Shown here piece by piece: positions 37,227 to 45,483 of a stretch of DNA of 54,674 nt; position 1 is the stretch's first letter; every line of letters begins with the position of its first letter. The DNA lies in NCBI GenBank assembly GCA_043820815.1, contig JBDRDJ010000008.1, positions 1-54,674 of the forward strand, read 5' to 3'. The position numbers and the translations under genes were made by a program. Origin of the DNA: Candidatus Omnitrophota bacterium. GTDB taxonomy: Bacteria > Omnitrophota > Gorgyraeia > Duberdicusellales > 4484-171. The notes under the pieces were generated by a model that did not search any database, was not told the origin of the DNA, and saw nothing but the letters and a program-made list of their open reading frames with translations.

Positions 37227-38360
37227 ATGGGAAAAACCAGTATCAGGGAGGCCGCCGATTACGGCCAAAGCATTTGGCTGGATTCAATCAGCCGCTCCTT
37301 AATAGAAAGCGGCGAAATTTCCCGCTTTATAAAACAGGGGTTACGCGGTTTGACTTCAAACCCGACAATATTCGAGAAAGCCATAGGGCAGGGAAACGAT
37401 TATGATAACAGAATTATAGGATTGATAAGCAGCGGCAAGGCCGTTTTTGATGTTTACGATGAGCTTACTGTCGGGGATATACAGGATGCCGCTGATTTAT
37501 TTTTAGATGTATATAAGAGCACAAACGGCTTAGACGGTTATGTCAGCCTTGAAGTAAACCCTGAGCTTGCTCATAACACGCAGGCTACGATAAAAGAAGG
37601 CTTGAGGCTTTTTGAGAAAGCGCAACGCAGGAATCTTATGATTAAAGTTCCCGCAACAGATAATGGCTTTGAAGCGGTTGAAGAACTAATATCGAGAGGA
37701 ATAAATGTTAATGTTACCTTGATTTTTTCCCTCAGGCAATATCAAAAAACCGCCTCTTCATATATTAACGGCATTAAGCGCTATTCAGATAAAGGCGGTG
37801 ATATTAAGAATGTGCGTTCAGTTGCCAGTGTATTTGTAAGCAGAATTGATACTGTTGTTGATAACTTAATTGATAGTAAGTTAAAAGAAGCTTCCGCCGG
37901 GCAGGTAAAACAGCTTCAGTTACTGAAAGGAAAAGCCGCTGTTTCCAATTCCCATATTATATGGTCTGAATATAATAAAATATTTTCTTCCGCCGAGGCA
38001 AAAGAATTAGCAGCTAAAGGCATGAATTTGCAAAGGGTTTTATGGGGTTCAACGGGAACCAAAAATCCCGAATACAGCGATATTAAATATATTACCGAGC
38101 TCATTGCAAAAGACACTGTGAATACCGTTCCCCAAAATACCTATGAGGCTTTTCTTGATCACGGAGTTGTTAAAGAGGCTTTTGCCTGTGATAGCGCCTG
38201 CGCTTGCGAGATTATTAATAAACTTGAAGAGATAGGTATCGGCATTGACGTTGTATGCGAAGAATTGCTTAAAAAAGGGGTTGAGGCATTTAAGAATTCC
38301 TTTACATCCCTGCTCGATACTATTAAGAAAAAACAAGAAAGAATGCTTTCTGAAATTTAG
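37227..38360 (+). CDS. tal: Transaldolase (large type)
   Basis: G.TSNPTIF, SLEV.P, MIKVPAT (Schiff-base Lys), NVTLIF, SVASVFVSRID. Confidence 0.95.
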   Translation: MGKTSIREAADYGQSIWLDSISRSLIESGEISRFIKQGLRGLTSNPTIFEKAIGQGNDYDNRIIGLISSGKAVFDVYDELTVGDIQDAADLFLDVYKSTNGLDGYVSLEVNPELAHNTQATIKEGLRLFEKAQRRNLMIKVPATDNGFEAVEELISRGINVNVTLIFSLRQYQKTASSYINGIKRYSDKGGDIKNVRSVASVFVSRIDTVVDNLIDSKLKEASAGQVKQLQLLKGKAAVSNSHIIWSEYNKIFSSAEAKELAAKGMNLQRVLWGSTGTKNPEYSDIKYITELIAKDTVNTVPQNTYEAFLDHGVVKEAFACDSACACEIINKLEEIGIGIDVVCEELLKKGVEAFKNSFTSLLDTIKKKQERMLSEI

Positions 38361-38398
38361 GCAGAAATCAGGCACCAAAAGTGTGTAATCTATATAAA

Positions 38399-39148
38399 AT
38401 GGATCAGAACAAAAACAAAAAAATAGTCATTTTTAACAATAAAGACGAGCTTTGGGAATATCTCGTTAAGAAATGGTTTTTGATAGGCAGGGAATCTTTA
38501 GCAAAGAAGGGCTTTTTTAACGTTGCCCTTTCAGGCGGTAAGACTCCTGTGGAATTATATCACAGGCTGTCTAAAGAAAATATGGGTTTTCTTTGGGAGA
38601 AAACCCATATTTTTCAGGTTGACGAGCGTTTCGGTGACGCTAAAGATTGTGATAATAACTGGCGCTTAATACAGGATAATTTGCTTACGCCCCTAAATAT
38701 TTCTTCTTCTAACATGCACCCCGTCGCGATAAAAGAAACTGCCGGCTTATCGGCGTTGGATTATGAGGAAAAGATCAAGATTTTCTTTAATTTAAAAGAG
38801 GCTGAATTTCCAAAATTCGATTTGCTGTTGCTTGGCATAGGCAAAGACGGCCACACCGCTTCTTTATTTCCCGAAACTGGGGCCATGGATGAAAAAAATC
38901 GTTTAACGCTAAACCTTAAAGGGGATAATATTGATTACGAACGAATCAGCCTGACATTACCGGTTATAAATAATGCAAAGTGTGTATTGTTCGTAGTGAC
39001 AGGGGCTGATAAGTCGGATATTATCAGGGAAGTCATAGATGGCAAGAATAAGAAATTACCCGCTTCTTTAGTAGATCCTGAATCGGGAGAATTATTATAT
39101 CTGTTCGATTATGAGGCGGCGTCATTGCTTCGAGAGAAAGAAAAGTAA
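38399..39148 (+). CDS. pgl: 6-phosphogluconolactonase
   Basis: ALSGGKTP, F.VDER, LLGIG.DGHTASLFP, RISLT.P; ATG 38399 preferred. Confidence 0.93.
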   Translation: MDQNKNKKIVIFNNKDELWEYLVKKWFLIGRESLAKKGFFNVALSGGKTPVELYHRLSKENMGFLWEKTHIFQVDERFGDAKDCDNNWRLIQDNLLTPLNISSSNMHPVAIKETAGLSALDYEEKIKIFFNLKEAEFPKFDLLLLGIGKDGHTASLFPETGAMDEKNRLTLNLKGDNIDYERISLTLPVINNAKCVLFVVTGADKSDIIREVIDGKNKKLPASLVDPESGELLYLFDYEAASLLREKEK

Positions 39149-39160
39149 GGGAGGTGTGTA

Positions 39161-39565
39161 ATGAGGCTCTTTCCAAAGGCAGATAATTTTGATACAGGTA
39201 TTTTTATATTGCGTGTGGGCATAGGCGCTATGTTTATCTATCATGGCTTTCCCAAAATGCTCTCAGGCCCTGATGGGTGGGTTAAGTTAGGCCAAACAAT
39301 GGGTTTATTCGGGATTAATTCTTATCATGTATTCTGGGGTTTTATGGCAGCGGCTTCCGAGCTTTTTGGAGGAATGCTGTTGGTTGCCGGATTTGCCGTA
39401 CGCATTGCAAGTGCCTTTCTTTTTGTGACCATGGCAGTCGCCGCAAGTATGCATTTCAATAAAGGAGGCGGGCTTGAAGTAGCCTCACATGCGATTGAAG
39501 CCGGCATTGTTTTTCTCTCACTTATCTTTATGAAAAGAGGCACAATCAAAAAAGGGCCAAAATAA
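39161..39565 (+). CDS. DoxX-family membrane protein
   Basis: LR..IG..FI.HG..K, A...E..GG.LL..G...R; SD GGGAGG. Confidence 0.9.
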   Translation: MRLFPKADNFDTGIFILRVGIGAMFIYHGFPKMLSGPDGWVKLGQTMGLFGINSYHVFWGFMAAASELFGGMLLVAGFAVRIASAFLFVTMAVAASMHFNKGGGLEVASHAIEAGIVFLSLIFMKRGTIKKGPK

Positions 39566-39568
39566 TTC

Positions 39569-39598
39569 TTGACTAATGATACTTAAATGATATCATTA
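39569..39598 (+). promoter_or_regulatory. Promoter with overlapping 8-9-8 inverted-repeat operator
   Basis: TTGACT, 16 bp, TATCAT, 6 bp, ATG; TAATGATA-N9-TATCATTA (39574-39598) spans the spacer and -10. Confidence 0.65.
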
Positions 39599-39602
39599 TA
39601 AG

Positions 39603-40052
39603 ATGAAGTTGATTAAAAGAGATACTGATTACGCATTGAAAGCCCTTATGCATCTGACCGGGCTAAAAAAATGCGCCAGTGTTTCCGAATTAAACAAGGT
39701 CCTTAAAATCCCCAACGCTTTCTTAAGGCGGCTCTTACAAGTTTTAGCTAAAGAGGGAATTTTGACATCTCAGAAAGGTAAAGGCGGAGGATTTAAATTA
39801 AAAAAGAAATCTGATAAAATCCGCATCACCGATATTATAGAAATTTTTCAGGGGAAAATGAATTTAATTGAATGTTTTCTCGGTAAAAGCATCTGCCCTA
39901 ACATAAAAACATGCCCCTTGAGGGATAAATTGATAACTATTGAAAAAAGCGTAGTTAGCCAGCTTGAAGAGATAACCATTGCATCTTTGGCTAAAAAAAT
40001 TAAACGGAGAGGATATAAAGATGGAAACAAAAATGTATTGTCGTCAATGTGA
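39603..40052 (+). CDS. Rrf2-family regulator with three Cys (Fe-S type)
   Basis: DYAL.AL, ..L...GI..S..G.GGGF.L, EC......C.....C.LR. Confidence 0.93.
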   Translation: MKLIKRDTDYALKALMHLTGLKKCASVSELNKVLKIPNAFLRRLLQVLAKEGILTSQKGKGGGFKLKKKSDKIRITDIIEIFQGKMNLIECFLGKSICPNIKTCPLRDKLITIEKSVVSQLEEITIASLAKKIKRRGYKDGNKNVLSSM

Positions 40053-41712
40053 GCAGACCGCTGCTTCAAAAAACTGCACGGTAAAAGGAGTTTGTGGAAA
40101 ATCACCCGAGACCGCGGCGTTACAGGATTTGCTCATCCATAGTTTAAAAGGAATTGCGTATTTTGTTAATCGGGCTAGAGAGTTAGGAATAAAGGATAGC
40201 GATTGCGGCCGTTTTGTGGTTGAGGCGTTGTTTTCTACCGTTACCAATGTTAATTTTGATTCCCACAAGATAGCCGGACTCATAAGAGAAGCATATCTTA
40301 TAAAAGAAAATATCAAATCTATCTTTATTAATATTAATGGGTGCAAAGAAAAGCATGGTAGTGCCTTAGATGTTTCTGATTGCCATGCGGCTTGTTTTAA
40401 ACCGGCTGAATCATATGAAGGCCTTCTTGAACAGGCAAAGGCATCAAGAATCAATGCAGCCGGGACTGCGAATGAGGATATAGCGAGCTTAAAAGAACTT
40501 CTTCTTTATGGCCTAAAGGGAATGGCTGCTTACGCTGACCATGCTTTGATTCTTGGCGAAGTTGACGAAGATGTCATGTCATTTTTCCACAAGGCATTAG
40601 ATGCTTTATGCGATGACAGCCTTAGCATAGATGATTTATTCGCTCTTAATATGGAATTTGGCAAGGTTAATTTAAAATGCCTTGAGATTCTTGATTTTGC
40701 GCATACAAAGCATTTTGGAAATCCCGCTCCGAGAAATGTTTCTCTTGGCGTAAAGAGGGGGCCCGCGATTATAGTTTCAGGGCATGATTTATATGACTTA
40801 GAACAGCTTCTCAAGCAGACTCAAGGAACAGGAGTTAATGTTTATACTCATGGCGAGATGCTTCCCGCGCACGGTTATCCAGGGTTAAATAAATACGAAC
40901 ATTTGGCAGGACATTTCGGGAGTGCGTGGCAGAATCAGCAGGCAGAGTTTGATTCAATTAAGGCGGTTATCCTTATGACAACTAATTGTATACAGGAGCC
41001 GAAGCAGTCTTATAAAGACAGGATTTTTACAACCGGTCTTGTTGCCTGGCCCGGAGTTAATCATATCGAATCAGAGATATCAGGCAGCAAGGATTTCAGC
41101 CAATTGATTGAAAAGGCGAAAGAACTGGGGGGGGTTGAGAATGACCAGATTGAGAAAACAATAACAGTCGGTTTTTCGCACCATGCTGTTTTGTCAAATG
41201 CCGGTAAAATCGTTGAGGCCGTAAAAGATGGCAAAATTAAGCATTTCTTTCTTATCGGAGGGTGCGACGGCGCAAAACCTGGCAGAAACTATTATACCGA
41301 CTTTGCAAAGATCGTCCCGCCGGATTGTGTTATTCTTACGCTTGCCTGCGGAAAATTCAGGTTTAACCGCTTGGATTTCGGCGACATTTCCGGTATCCCG
41401 CGCTTGCTTGACTGCGGCCAGTGTAACGATGCTTATTCCGCGGTAAAGATTGTACTGGCTTTAGCGGAAGCATTTAACTGCAGCGTTAATGATTTGCCTC
41501 TTTCTTTGATTATTTCTTGGTATGAACAAAAAGCCGTTTGTATTTTGTTGAGCTTGCTGTCTCTGGGTATTAAGGATATAAGGCTTGGGCCGACTTTGCC
41601 TGCTTTTGTGAGCCCGAATATTTTAAAAGTTTTGGTTGAAAAATTTGCGATAAGGCCGGTTACAACACCCGACAAGGATTTAGGTGAAATTTTAAAAGGA
41701 GAGTTGGCATGA
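40021..41712 (+). CDS. hcp: Hybrid cluster protein (hydroxylamine reductase)
   Basis: [10 protein letters not shown]-x5-CGK (Cx2Cx8Cx5C), [41 protein letters not shown]; ATG 40021. Confidence 0.97.
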   Translation: METKMYCRQCEQTAASKNCTVKGVCGKSPETAALQDLLIHSLKGIAYFVNRARELGIKDSDCGRFVVEALFSTVTNVNFDSHKIAGLIREAYLIKENIKSIFININGCKEKHGSALDVSDCHAACFKPAESYEGLLEQAKASRINAAGTANEDIASLKELLLYGLKGMAAYADHALILGEVDEDVMSFFHKALDALCDDSLSIDDLFALNMEFGKVNLKCLEILDFAHTKHFGNPAPRNVSLGVKRGPAIIVSGHDLYDLEQLLKQTQGTGVNVYTHGEMLPAHGYPGLNKYEHLAGHFGSAWQNQQAEFDSIKAVILMTTNCIQEPKQSYKDRIFTTGLVAWPGVNHIESEISGSKDFSQLIEKAKELGGVENDQIEKTITVGFSHHAVLSNAGKIVEAVKDGKIKHFFLIGGCDGAKPGRNYYTDFAKIVPPDCVILTLACGKFRFNRLDFGDISGIPRLLDCGQCNDAYSAVKIVLALAEAFNCSVNDLPLSLIISWYEQKAVCILLSLLSLGIKDIRLGPTLPAFVSPNILKVLVEKFAIRPVTTPDKDLGEILKGELA

Positions 41713-41870
41713 AGTATAAATGTATAGTTTGCGGTTATATATATGACCCGGAAGCCGGCGACCCTGACTCAGGAATTGATGCAGGAACGGCTTTTGAGCA
41801 GATACCGGATACCTGGGTTTGTCCTGTTTGCGGAGTAGATAAGACTCAGTTTGAACCTGTTGATGAATAG
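41709..41870 (+). CDS. Rubredoxin (missed by ORF track)
   Basis: [53 protein letters not shown] (53 aa); ATGA overlap with the hcp stop. Confidence 0.97.
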   Translation: MKYKCIVCGYIYDPEAGDPDSGIDAGTAFEQIPDTWVCPVCGVDKTQFEPVDE

Positions 41871-41885
41871 ACAAGGCCAAACACA

Positions 41886-41971
41886 TTTTCGGTCTTCGGT
41901 ATTCGGTATTCGGTTTTCGTATAAAATTTATCGCGAACACCAAACACCGAAAACCGAGAACCGAATACCGA
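41886..41971. repeat. ACCGAA-heptamer hairpin element (inverted copy of 29481-29547)
   Basis: TTCGGTA heptamers followed by complementary ACCGAA heptamers. Confidence 0.8.
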
Positions 41972-41977
41972 GGAAGC

Positions 41978-43189
41978 ATGGTTAAAGTAGCAGACAGCAT
42001 ATACTGGACAGGATACATTGACTGGGAGTTACGTAATTTCCACGGTTATTCGACTCCCGGCGGTTCTACATATAATGCCTACCTTATAAAAGATGAAAAA
42101 CCCGCATTAATCGATACTGTCAAGTATTATGGTTTCGATGAGATGCTGAGGCGCATAAAACAGGTTATTGACCCCTTAGAAATTAAATACATAATTTCCA
42201 ACCATACCGAGATGGATCATTCAGGAAGCATTGGAAAGCTTCTTGCAATATGTCCAAAGGCAGAGGTTGTATGTTCACCTAAGGGCGAACAGGGGTTAAA
42301 GAAACACTTCGACAGCTCGGGAGCCGGAAACTGGAAGTTTAAGGCAGTAAATACGGGAGATTCTCTTTCAATAGGAAAAAGGACTTTGAGTTTTTACCTA
42401 ACCCCGATGGTTCACTGGCCTGATTCAATGGTTACTTATTCAAAAGATGATAAAATACTTTTTTCAAATGATGCTTTTGGCCAGCATATGGCAAGCCCTG
42501 AAAGGTTTGTTGATGAAGCGGGCTTAGATATTGTTTTAAAGGAAGCAGCCAAATATTATGCAAACATTGTGATGCCTTACGGGGTTCAGGCACTCAAAGC
42601 CATAGAAGCCATAAAACAATTACAAATCGACATGATTTGCCCCTCACACGGGCTCATATGGAGGAGAAAATCCGATATAACTGCAATAATTTCTAAGTAT
42701 ATTGCATGGGCAAACTATGAATCGCAAAACCGCGCTGTTATTGTTTATGATACAATGTGGCATTCAACCGAAAAAATTGCCAATAAGCTTTTTGAGCTGT
42801 TAGATAAAGAGGGGTTACCGGTTAAAATTATGAACCTGAAAAATGATGACCCTTCAGACATTGTGGCCGAAGTTATGTTCTCAAAAGTTGTTATTGTAGG
42901 CAGCCCCATACTCAATAACAGAGTTTTTCCAAAGATTGCGGGTTTTCTCGGCCACCTTAAAGGATTAAAACCTAAAAATAGATTTGGCTTTACCTTTGGC
43001 TCTTATGGCTGGTCAAAGGGGGGATTTTCGGAACTTGAGGAATCTTTGGAAGAGTCAGGGATAGAACTCATCGATAATGGGGCATACTTTCAATACGTGC
43101 CCAGCGAGCCTGACTTAAATTCTTTGGCAGGAATTGTTTCAAAAGTGAAAAATATTTTAACAGGAGATAAAAGCCGTGCCGGAGTATAG
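41978..43189 (+). CDS. fprA: Flavodiiron protein (FprA/ROO/NorV-like, class A)
   Basis: R.FHGY....G.TYNAYL, NHTEMDHSGS, MVHWPDSM, DAFGQH, PSHG; flavodoxin domain YDTMWHSTE and FGSYGWS. Confidence 0.93.
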   Translation: MVKVADSIYWTGYIDWELRNFHGYSTPGGSTYNAYLIKDEKPALIDTVKYYGFDEMLRRIKQVIDPLEIKYIISNHTEMDHSGSIGKLLAICPKAEVVCSPKGEQGLKKHFDSSGAGNWKFKAVNTGDSLSIGKRTLSFYLTPMVHWPDSMVTYSKDDKILFSNDAFGQHMASPERFVDEAGLDIVLKEAAKYYANIVMPYGVQALKAIEAIKQLQIDMICPSHGLIWRRKSDITAIISKYIAWANYESQNRAVIVYDTMWHSTEKIANKLFELLDKEGLPVKIMNLKNDDPSDIVAEVMFSKVVIVGSPILNNRVFPKIAGFLGHLKGLKPKNRFGFTFGSYGWSKGGFSELEESLEESGIELIDNGAYFQYVPSEPDLNSLAGIVSKVKNILTGDKSRAGV

Positions 43190-43664
43190 CCCTCAGGAAA
43201 TATTAAAGATTGCCATAAATGTTGAAGAGAACGGTCTCAGGTTCTATGAAACTCTGGAAAAACGGGCTGTTATAGATTGCGTAAAAGAAGTCTGGAAGTA
43301 TTTAAAGGAGCAAGAATCTGCGCATAAAAGGGTATTCAAAGAGATGCTTGATTGTGCCCCGGACTATATAACTTACGAATACTCACCCGGAGAATACAAT
43401 GCTTACCTTAGGGCAATATCTTCAAGCTTTATTTTTATTCCGGAGCTGATTAAAAAGAAAACCGAAGAAGTGGCTTATTCCGATAAAGATGCCGTTGATT
43501 TTGGAATACAAATTGAGAAAGATTCAATCCTTGTTTATTCGGCATTGAAGGAATACATAAAGCTTGATAAGCAATCTGCATTAAATAAAGTGATTGAGGA
43601 AGAAAAGAACCATTTAATCAGGTTAACTCTTTTTAAAGAGGGATTGATAGATATTAATTCTTGA
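43176..43664 (+). CDS. Ferritin-like/rubrerythrin-family di-iron protein
   Basis: AI.VEENG..FY, QE..H, IQIEKDS..VY, EEEKNH. Confidence 0.88.
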   Translation: MPEYSPQEILKIAINVEENGLRFYETLEKRAVIDCVKEVWKYLKEQESAHKRVFKEMLDCAPDYITYEYSPGEYNAYLRAISSSFIFIPELIKKKTEEVAYSDKDAVDFGIQIEKDSILVYSALKEYIKLDKQSALNKVIEEEKNHLIRLTLFKEGLIDINS

Positions 43665-43810
43665 GAGTGAGAACGGCAGAAGATGAATATGGATGTTAAA
43701 ATTTAATAAGTGTATGACCCGGCACCTTCCTTATCCGCATACCCCATAAAATAAGAAGTTTTTGTTTAGTAAAATGGACATAAGTGTCTAACTCTCTAAA
43801 CGCTTATGCC

Positions 43811-43841
43811 TCTGTAAATCTTGCCGTCTCATTCTGTAAAT
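43811..43841 (+). promoter_or_regulatory. Candidate enhancer (UAS) direct repeat
   Basis: TCTGTAAAT at 43811 and 43833 (22-bp period), about 80-105 bp upstream of the sigma-54 box. Confidence 0.5.
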
Positions 43842-43917
43842 TTGCTCAAAAATAGTTATTTATTCTTCTCTCTGTCACGCAAGGGGTTACAGCATATATA
43901 TATTTAATTAGAATTCT

Positions 43918-43933
43918 TGGCACGAAAAATGCT
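43918..43933 (+). promoter_or_regulatory. Sigma-54 (-24/-12) promoter
   Basis: TGGCACGAAAAATGCT versus consensus TGGCACG-N4-TTGCW, one mismatch. Confidence 0.75.
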
Positions 43934-44017
43934 ATATTAGTGTCCTGGACATACTTAGACATTAAAAATCCAAACAAAAGTTAATTCTTACATGAGTAAA
44001 TAAGTAAGGGGGACTAT

Positions 44018-44203
44018 ATGAGGGCCGATAAGAAAATGACAATAACCGAAGTTGCCGAAGAAATTGGAGTGGTTCCCAAAACAATTCAAAGGTGGGAAAA
44101 GTCAGGAAAAGTTAAGAGAGCCAAAAGAGACTGGCGCAACTGGAGAATCTATACGTATAAAGAGGTCGAACAGTTAAAATACTTTAGAAATAACGTTTAC
44201 TAA
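44018..44203 (+). CDS. Stand-alone MerR-like HTH protein (copy 3)
   Basis: 61 aa; TI.EVAEEIGV..KTI.RWEK.G....KR....WR.Y; SD GGGGG. Confidence 0.85.
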   Translation: MRADKKMTITEVAEEIGVVPKTIQRWEKSGKVKRAKRDWRNWRIYTYKEVEQLKYFRNNVY

Positions 44204-44242
44204 TAGACATCCTATAACGAGAAAACACGAGAAGGATGTCTT

Positions 44243-44673
44243 GATTACATAGATTAGAGAATAGATTACAGTGATTAAAGAGAGAGATCCTTTAACTGAG
44301 AAAATAATTGCATGCGCCTATAGGGTACATAGTAAACTAGGCCCTGGATTTAATGAAAATATCTATCATAGCGCTTTAAAAATAGCTTTAAAAGAAAAGG
44401 ACATAAACTATGAAACTGAGAAAAGTTTTAATGTATCTTTTAAGAGTAAAAATGTCGGTAAATTCAGGCTAGATTTAGTAATAGAAGATAAGGTTGTAAT
44501 TGAAATTAAAGCTATAAACGGAAATATTCCTGCCGTGTTTGAGTTGCAGGTGCTGTCATATTTGAAAGCGTCAGGGTATAAGGTTGGACTATTAATAAAC
44601 TTTGGCAATAAAAGCTGTCAGGTTAGAAGATTAATGGTTTAATCTCTGTAATCTATTAATAATCGTTGTAATC
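44243..44673. mobile_element. Candidate inverted-repeat-flanked GxxExxY cassette
   Basis: Arms 44243-44276 and 44641-44673 pair at 28/34 positions and overlap the start and stop codons of the enclosed gene. Mobility is inferred. Confidence 0.5.
44271..44642 (+). CDS. GxxExxY protein (PD-(D/E)xK nuclease-like)
   Basis: LGPGFNENIY (GxxExxY), RLDLVIEDKVVIEIK, Q.LSYL..S....GLLINFG. Confidence 0.92.
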   Translation: MIKERDPLTEKIIACAYRVHSKLGPGFNENIYHSALKIALKEKDINYETEKSFNVSFKSKNVGKFRLDLVIEDKVVIEIKAINGNIPAVFELQVLSYLKASGYKVGLLINFGNKSCQVRRLMV

Positions 44674-44721
44674 AGGTATAATCCAGATATTACTTGTTGT
44701 GATTATACCAGGAGGAAGACA

Positions 44722-45435
44722 ATGGGACGAAACATTAAGTTATTTGTTACCGCAGGTTTGTTAATTTTATCTTTGTTAATTATTGGTAATGGTATGAGCC
44801 AGGAATCAGGCATCACCGCCAAAGCGCCGGATACTGAGATAGCCGGAGAATCTGCCGTATACACTCTGGGAAAAGGCGATATTGTTGAGATTCTTGTCAG
44901 GAACCAGCCGGAATTTAGCGGTATATTTGCAATCGGGCCTGACGGAAATATCCAGTACAATTTTGTCGGGGATATTAAGGCAGAAGGCATGAATAAATTT
45001 GAGCTGCGTGATTCTATCGCTGATAATCTTGATCGTTATGTAAAAAACCCCGATGTGAGCGTAACCATAGCCCAGTATTTAAGTAAGTTTGTTTACATTC
45101 TCGGAGAAGTGGGGCGTCCCGGAAAATATCCGATGAAAGGCGATACTGTTTCATTGAGAGAGGCAATCGTAACAGCCGGCCTTCCTACCAGGGACGCTGC
45201 CTTAAGGCGAGTCTATGTTATTGAGCCTGATGAGGCAAAACCGGCTTCAAAGAAAATTGATTTATTTTTAATTTTGTATAAGGGTATTTTAAAAGATGAT
45301 TTAACTCTAAACCCCGGCGATTTAGTAGTTGTTCCTTCTACGGTTCCCAGCGAAATCAACAGGGCTTTGACAAATCTGCTTTCTCCTGTCAGCCGTGCGG
45401 CAACGGTTGAGGCTTTAATAAGCAGGGCAAATTAA
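44722..45435 (+). CDS. Polysaccharide export protein (Wza-like, SLBB)
   Basis: Signal peptide; Y.LG.GD.V.I.V, I.PDG.I, V..P.VSV, VYILGEV.RPG.Y. Confidence 0.92.
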   Translation: MGRNIKLFVTAGLLILSLLIIGNGMSQESGITAKAPDTEIAGESAVYTLGKGDIVEILVRNQPEFSGIFAIGPDGNIQYNFVGDIKAEGMNKFELRDSIADNLDRYVKNPDVSVTIAQYLSKFVYILGEVGRPGKYPMKGDTVSLREAIVTAGLPTRDAALRRVYVIEPDEAKPASKKIDLFLILYKGILKDDLTLNPGDLVVVPSTVPSEINRALTNLLSPVSRAATVEALISRAN

Positions 45436-45483
45436 TTTATAATAATCGGGTTGATAAAAGAACAGTAACTAAGGAGGATATTT

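Noticed and set aside
41692-42018. 108-aa track ORF after hcp
   Set aside because: It overlaps the true rubredoxin gene in another frame and runs through the heptamer hairpin.
43663-43835. Weak long-range inverted repeat (GAGTGAGAACGGCAG / CTTGCCGTCTCATTC)
   Set aside because: Short and gapped, with no enclosed ORF; the right part overlaps the candidate enhancer region.
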